Origin: a virus
IMG/VR virus record: IMGVR_UViG_3300045988_122291
Location: 32,001-96,000 of that record
DNA length: 64,000 nucleotides
Direction: 5' to 3' (one strand)
Shown here: positions 62,083-64,000 of the stretch, in pieces
Layout of the letters: each line of letters starts with the position of its first letter
How positions within the stretch are numbered: the first letter of the stretch is position 1
Notes under the pieces: model-generated
What the model was told of the DNA's origin: nothing
Databases searched by the model: none
What the model saw: the letters and a program-made list of their open reading frames with translations, nothing else
Made by a program: the position numbers and the translations under genes

Positions 62083-62142
62083 TGGCTGAACAGGACTTGA
62101 ACCTGTATCTCACACGCGTGTTCCCAATTACACCATCAGTCA
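62083..62142 (-). other. tRNA-like remnant (acceptor, D and T arms; anticodon arm missing)
   Basis: TGACTGA..GTGT-AATTGGGA-ACAC..ACAGG-TTCAAGT-CCTGT-TCAGCCA. Only 11 nt (part of the palindrome ACACGCGTGT) sit where the anticodon arm should be. Confidence 0.3.
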
Positions 62143-62263
62143 ATATAAACCCGTCTTTATTCATCAAACCTGAAGCCACAGGTAACGGTTGTGATGATTA
62201 TTTTTGAAAGGAGTCGTGCTTCTGGTAGTAATAGAAGCACATGAAAAATGAAAAAGATGTGGT

Positions 62264-63103
62264 CTATTTAATCTTCTTTTGTTGTTTCTTATATCTTTCC
62301 ATATACTTATGAAGAATTTGTTTTAATTCATCTGACAATTCTTCGTCTGCATATCTAAAAATATAACCAGCGGAAGTATGATGTGATTTGTATTTTTCTT
62401 CTTTGGAAAGACACATCCATAAATGTCGAAAAGTCACCTTAGGTAATTGTCTACAACATTCTTTTAGAGAAGGAAACCATTGCTCTTCTCCTGTATGTTT
62501 ATTGATTGCGATAACTGGTTGTGATGCTTTTTCAGCAAAAATTTGAGATGCTTTTTCAAGGATTTCTGGATGCCTTTCAGCAACATCTCTGTTTGAATCA
62601 GCATGAGAAATAAAACAACAAGTTTCTTTACTATATAATTTGTTTCCCTTAACAAGAGTATCTTTATCCAACATAATCATTTGTAAAGGATTTTGAATCC
62701 AAAATTCAAAACCTTGTAACTCTGTTACATCTCGATAAAAATTTGCGAAATCTTCCCATTCTTTAGAACAAGTTGTGCCTTTATAAGTAGGATATTTTTC
62801 TTGAAATTTATCTGAACAACGATAAATCATGTGTCGCCATTTCTCGTAAACTCTTTTATAAAATTCGTCACGAAGAACATCTTTAGACAAAGAATTATAT
62901 CCCATGCCATAAACAGTTCGCGCATACTCACCGTTATTCTCGCCATGTCTACATTGAGTATGACATTCACGAATTTCTTTTAATGGCTTATACACTTCCA
63001 TACCACACACTTTACATTTTGCATGATAAAGAATGTGACCATGTTTCCGTTGCTCAGTTTGATAGATATTTGTATAAATCCCAATATCTTCAATCTTATT
63101 CAT
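62264..63103 (-). CDS. hypothetical protein, possibly homing-endonuclease-like, embedded in the tRNA region
   Basis: N-terminal zinc-type CKVCG..H..C.H. The segment KWRHMIYRC...YKGTTCSKEWEDFANFYRDV resembles free-standing phage endonuclease DNA-binding modules (weak, from memory). Confidence 0.3.
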   Translation of the reverse strand: MNKIEDIGIYTNIYQTEQRKHGHILYHAKCKVCGMEVYKPLKEIRECHTQCRHGENNGEYARTVYGMGYNSLSKDVLRDEFYKRVYEKWRHMIYRCSDKFQEKYPTYKGTTCSKEWEDFANFYRDVTELQGFEFWIQNPLQMIMLDKDTLVKGNKLYSKETCCFISHADSNRDVAERHPEILEKASQIFAEKASQPVIAINKHTGEEQWFPSLKECCRQLPKVTFRHLWMCLSKEEKYKSHHTSAGYIFRYADEELSDELKQILHKYMERYKKQQKKIK

Positions 63104-63204
63104 TTGTAATTCACCTTTTCTGAATTTTAATTTTAGCGAAGGCTCAAAGGAAAAGGCTTTGTTGTCTCAATAATTAGCTTTATTATTGCTACCCTATCGC
63201 TAAG

Positions 63205-63283
63205 TGGTGCTACTGAGAGGACTCGAACCTCCAACTTACGAATTTTGAGTTCGTCACCTATCTGCCAATTGGGTTACAGTAGC
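63205..63283 (-). tRNA. tRNA with CAA (Leu) anticodon but a short 5-nt variable loop
   Basis: Acceptor GCTACTG/CAGTAGC, A73 and CCA. Anticodon stem ACGAA/TTCGT, loop CTCAAAA, T arm GGAGG-TTCGAGT-CCTCT, large D loop. Confidence 0.5.
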
Positions 63284-63631
63284 ATATATAATATCCACGA
63301 CATAGCCTTATCATCGTGGTAGGGATCTATTGGCTGTTACATACCCTTTATGTAATTCTCTTGATTACCAGTCATCCCAGTTTTTCATCTCAAAGAGAGT
63401 CAAGCATTATGGGATTAGCTTGATTTAATTTCAAATTCTTGTATTAAATACCTCAATGAAACTGCGTTATCCTTTAAAGAATACGCTGACCAACTAACAA
63501 AGAACTTGAAGCGCTGTTCATCTCTGAACTGTTTATAGTCAACGACCCATCATCTAAAACCGATGGGCTTGTAACTCGATACGACTTCGCTATTACATTT
63601 TAGGGCGTAATAGGTTATTCGTAAGCATAAA

Positions 63632-64000
63632 TTACCTATCAGGACACGCGCTTGCCCCTATAATTCTTTTTCCCTCGACAAGTATGTTCTTAGCAGCATT
63701 TATATCTCTGTCGTGAACAGTACCGCAAACAGGACACTTCCACTCTCTAATCCACAATGGTTTCTTTCCTGTGATAGTTCCACAACACGAACAAATCTGT
63801 GAACTTGGAAACCATCTACCGATTTTCTGAATGATTCTACCTTTAGCAACCGCTTTATATTCCAGCATACTTACAAATTCAGCCCAACCAACATCAAAAA
63901 CGCTCAAAGCTAAATGACGATTTTTCATAAGTCCTTTTACATTTAAGTCCTCTAAAGCTATAACTTGGTTCTCGTTAATTAGCTTATAAGAAACTTTGTG
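63632..64000 (-). CDS. tnpB: TnpB, C-terminal part (gene continues beyond the window end)
   Basis: The frame is open to position 64000 (..NQVIALEDLNVKGLMKNRHLA). CSCCG..CPVCGTVHDRDINAAKNI. Confidence 0.75.
   Translation of the reverse strand, partial: HKVSYKLINENQVIALEDLNVKGLMKNRHLALSVFDVGWAEFVSMLEYKAVAKGRIIQKIGRWFPSSQICSCCGTITGKKPLWIREWKCPVCGTVHDRDINAAKNILVEGKRIIGASACPDR

Overview
AT-rich segment of a large tailed dsDNA phage or prophage. The expression signals look Gram-positive: strong AGGAGG-type SDs, TTGACA-17-TGnTAnAAT promoters, and SLH-type wall-binding domains. Positions 1-8450 (+ strand) encode tail, baseplate and fiber-like structural genes. The rest is almost entirely on the - strand. 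It carries a nucleotide-metabolism block (dUTPase, ThyX-like protein, NrdG, NrdD interrupted by an HNH-bearing intron-like insert, dCMP deaminase, deoxyribonucleotidase). It carries a replication block (DnaE-type polymerase, RecD-like helicase, DnaB, primase, RecJ-like exonuclease, AAA_24 ATPase, SSB-like protein, DNA methyltransferase). It carries a lysis cassette (holin plus an amidase endolysin that contains an intein). It also has two TnpB genes, one IscB with room for an upstream omega RNA, a tyrosine recombinase, a sigma factor, a 3D-domain wall hydrolase, and about six tRNA genes. The most unusual feature is a family of eight small proteins (100-131 aa) with a conserved MNGIVTGK-type N-terminus and unrelated bodies. 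Six sit in tandem at 36503-39205; two are dispersed at 33751 and 51007. Seven of the eight are preceded by a short SD-led leader ORF containing a G6-G9 homopolymer. The tract length sets whether the leader stops early or runs exactly into the downstream start codon (ATGA, GTGA or UGAUG overlaps). That start region is often sequestered in a hairpin. I read this as a slippage-driven, translationally coupled on/off switch array and do not recognise it as a described system. All calls come from reading the sequence and from motif memory. No searches or folding programs were run, and hairpin, tRNA and promoter coordinates were derived by hand.
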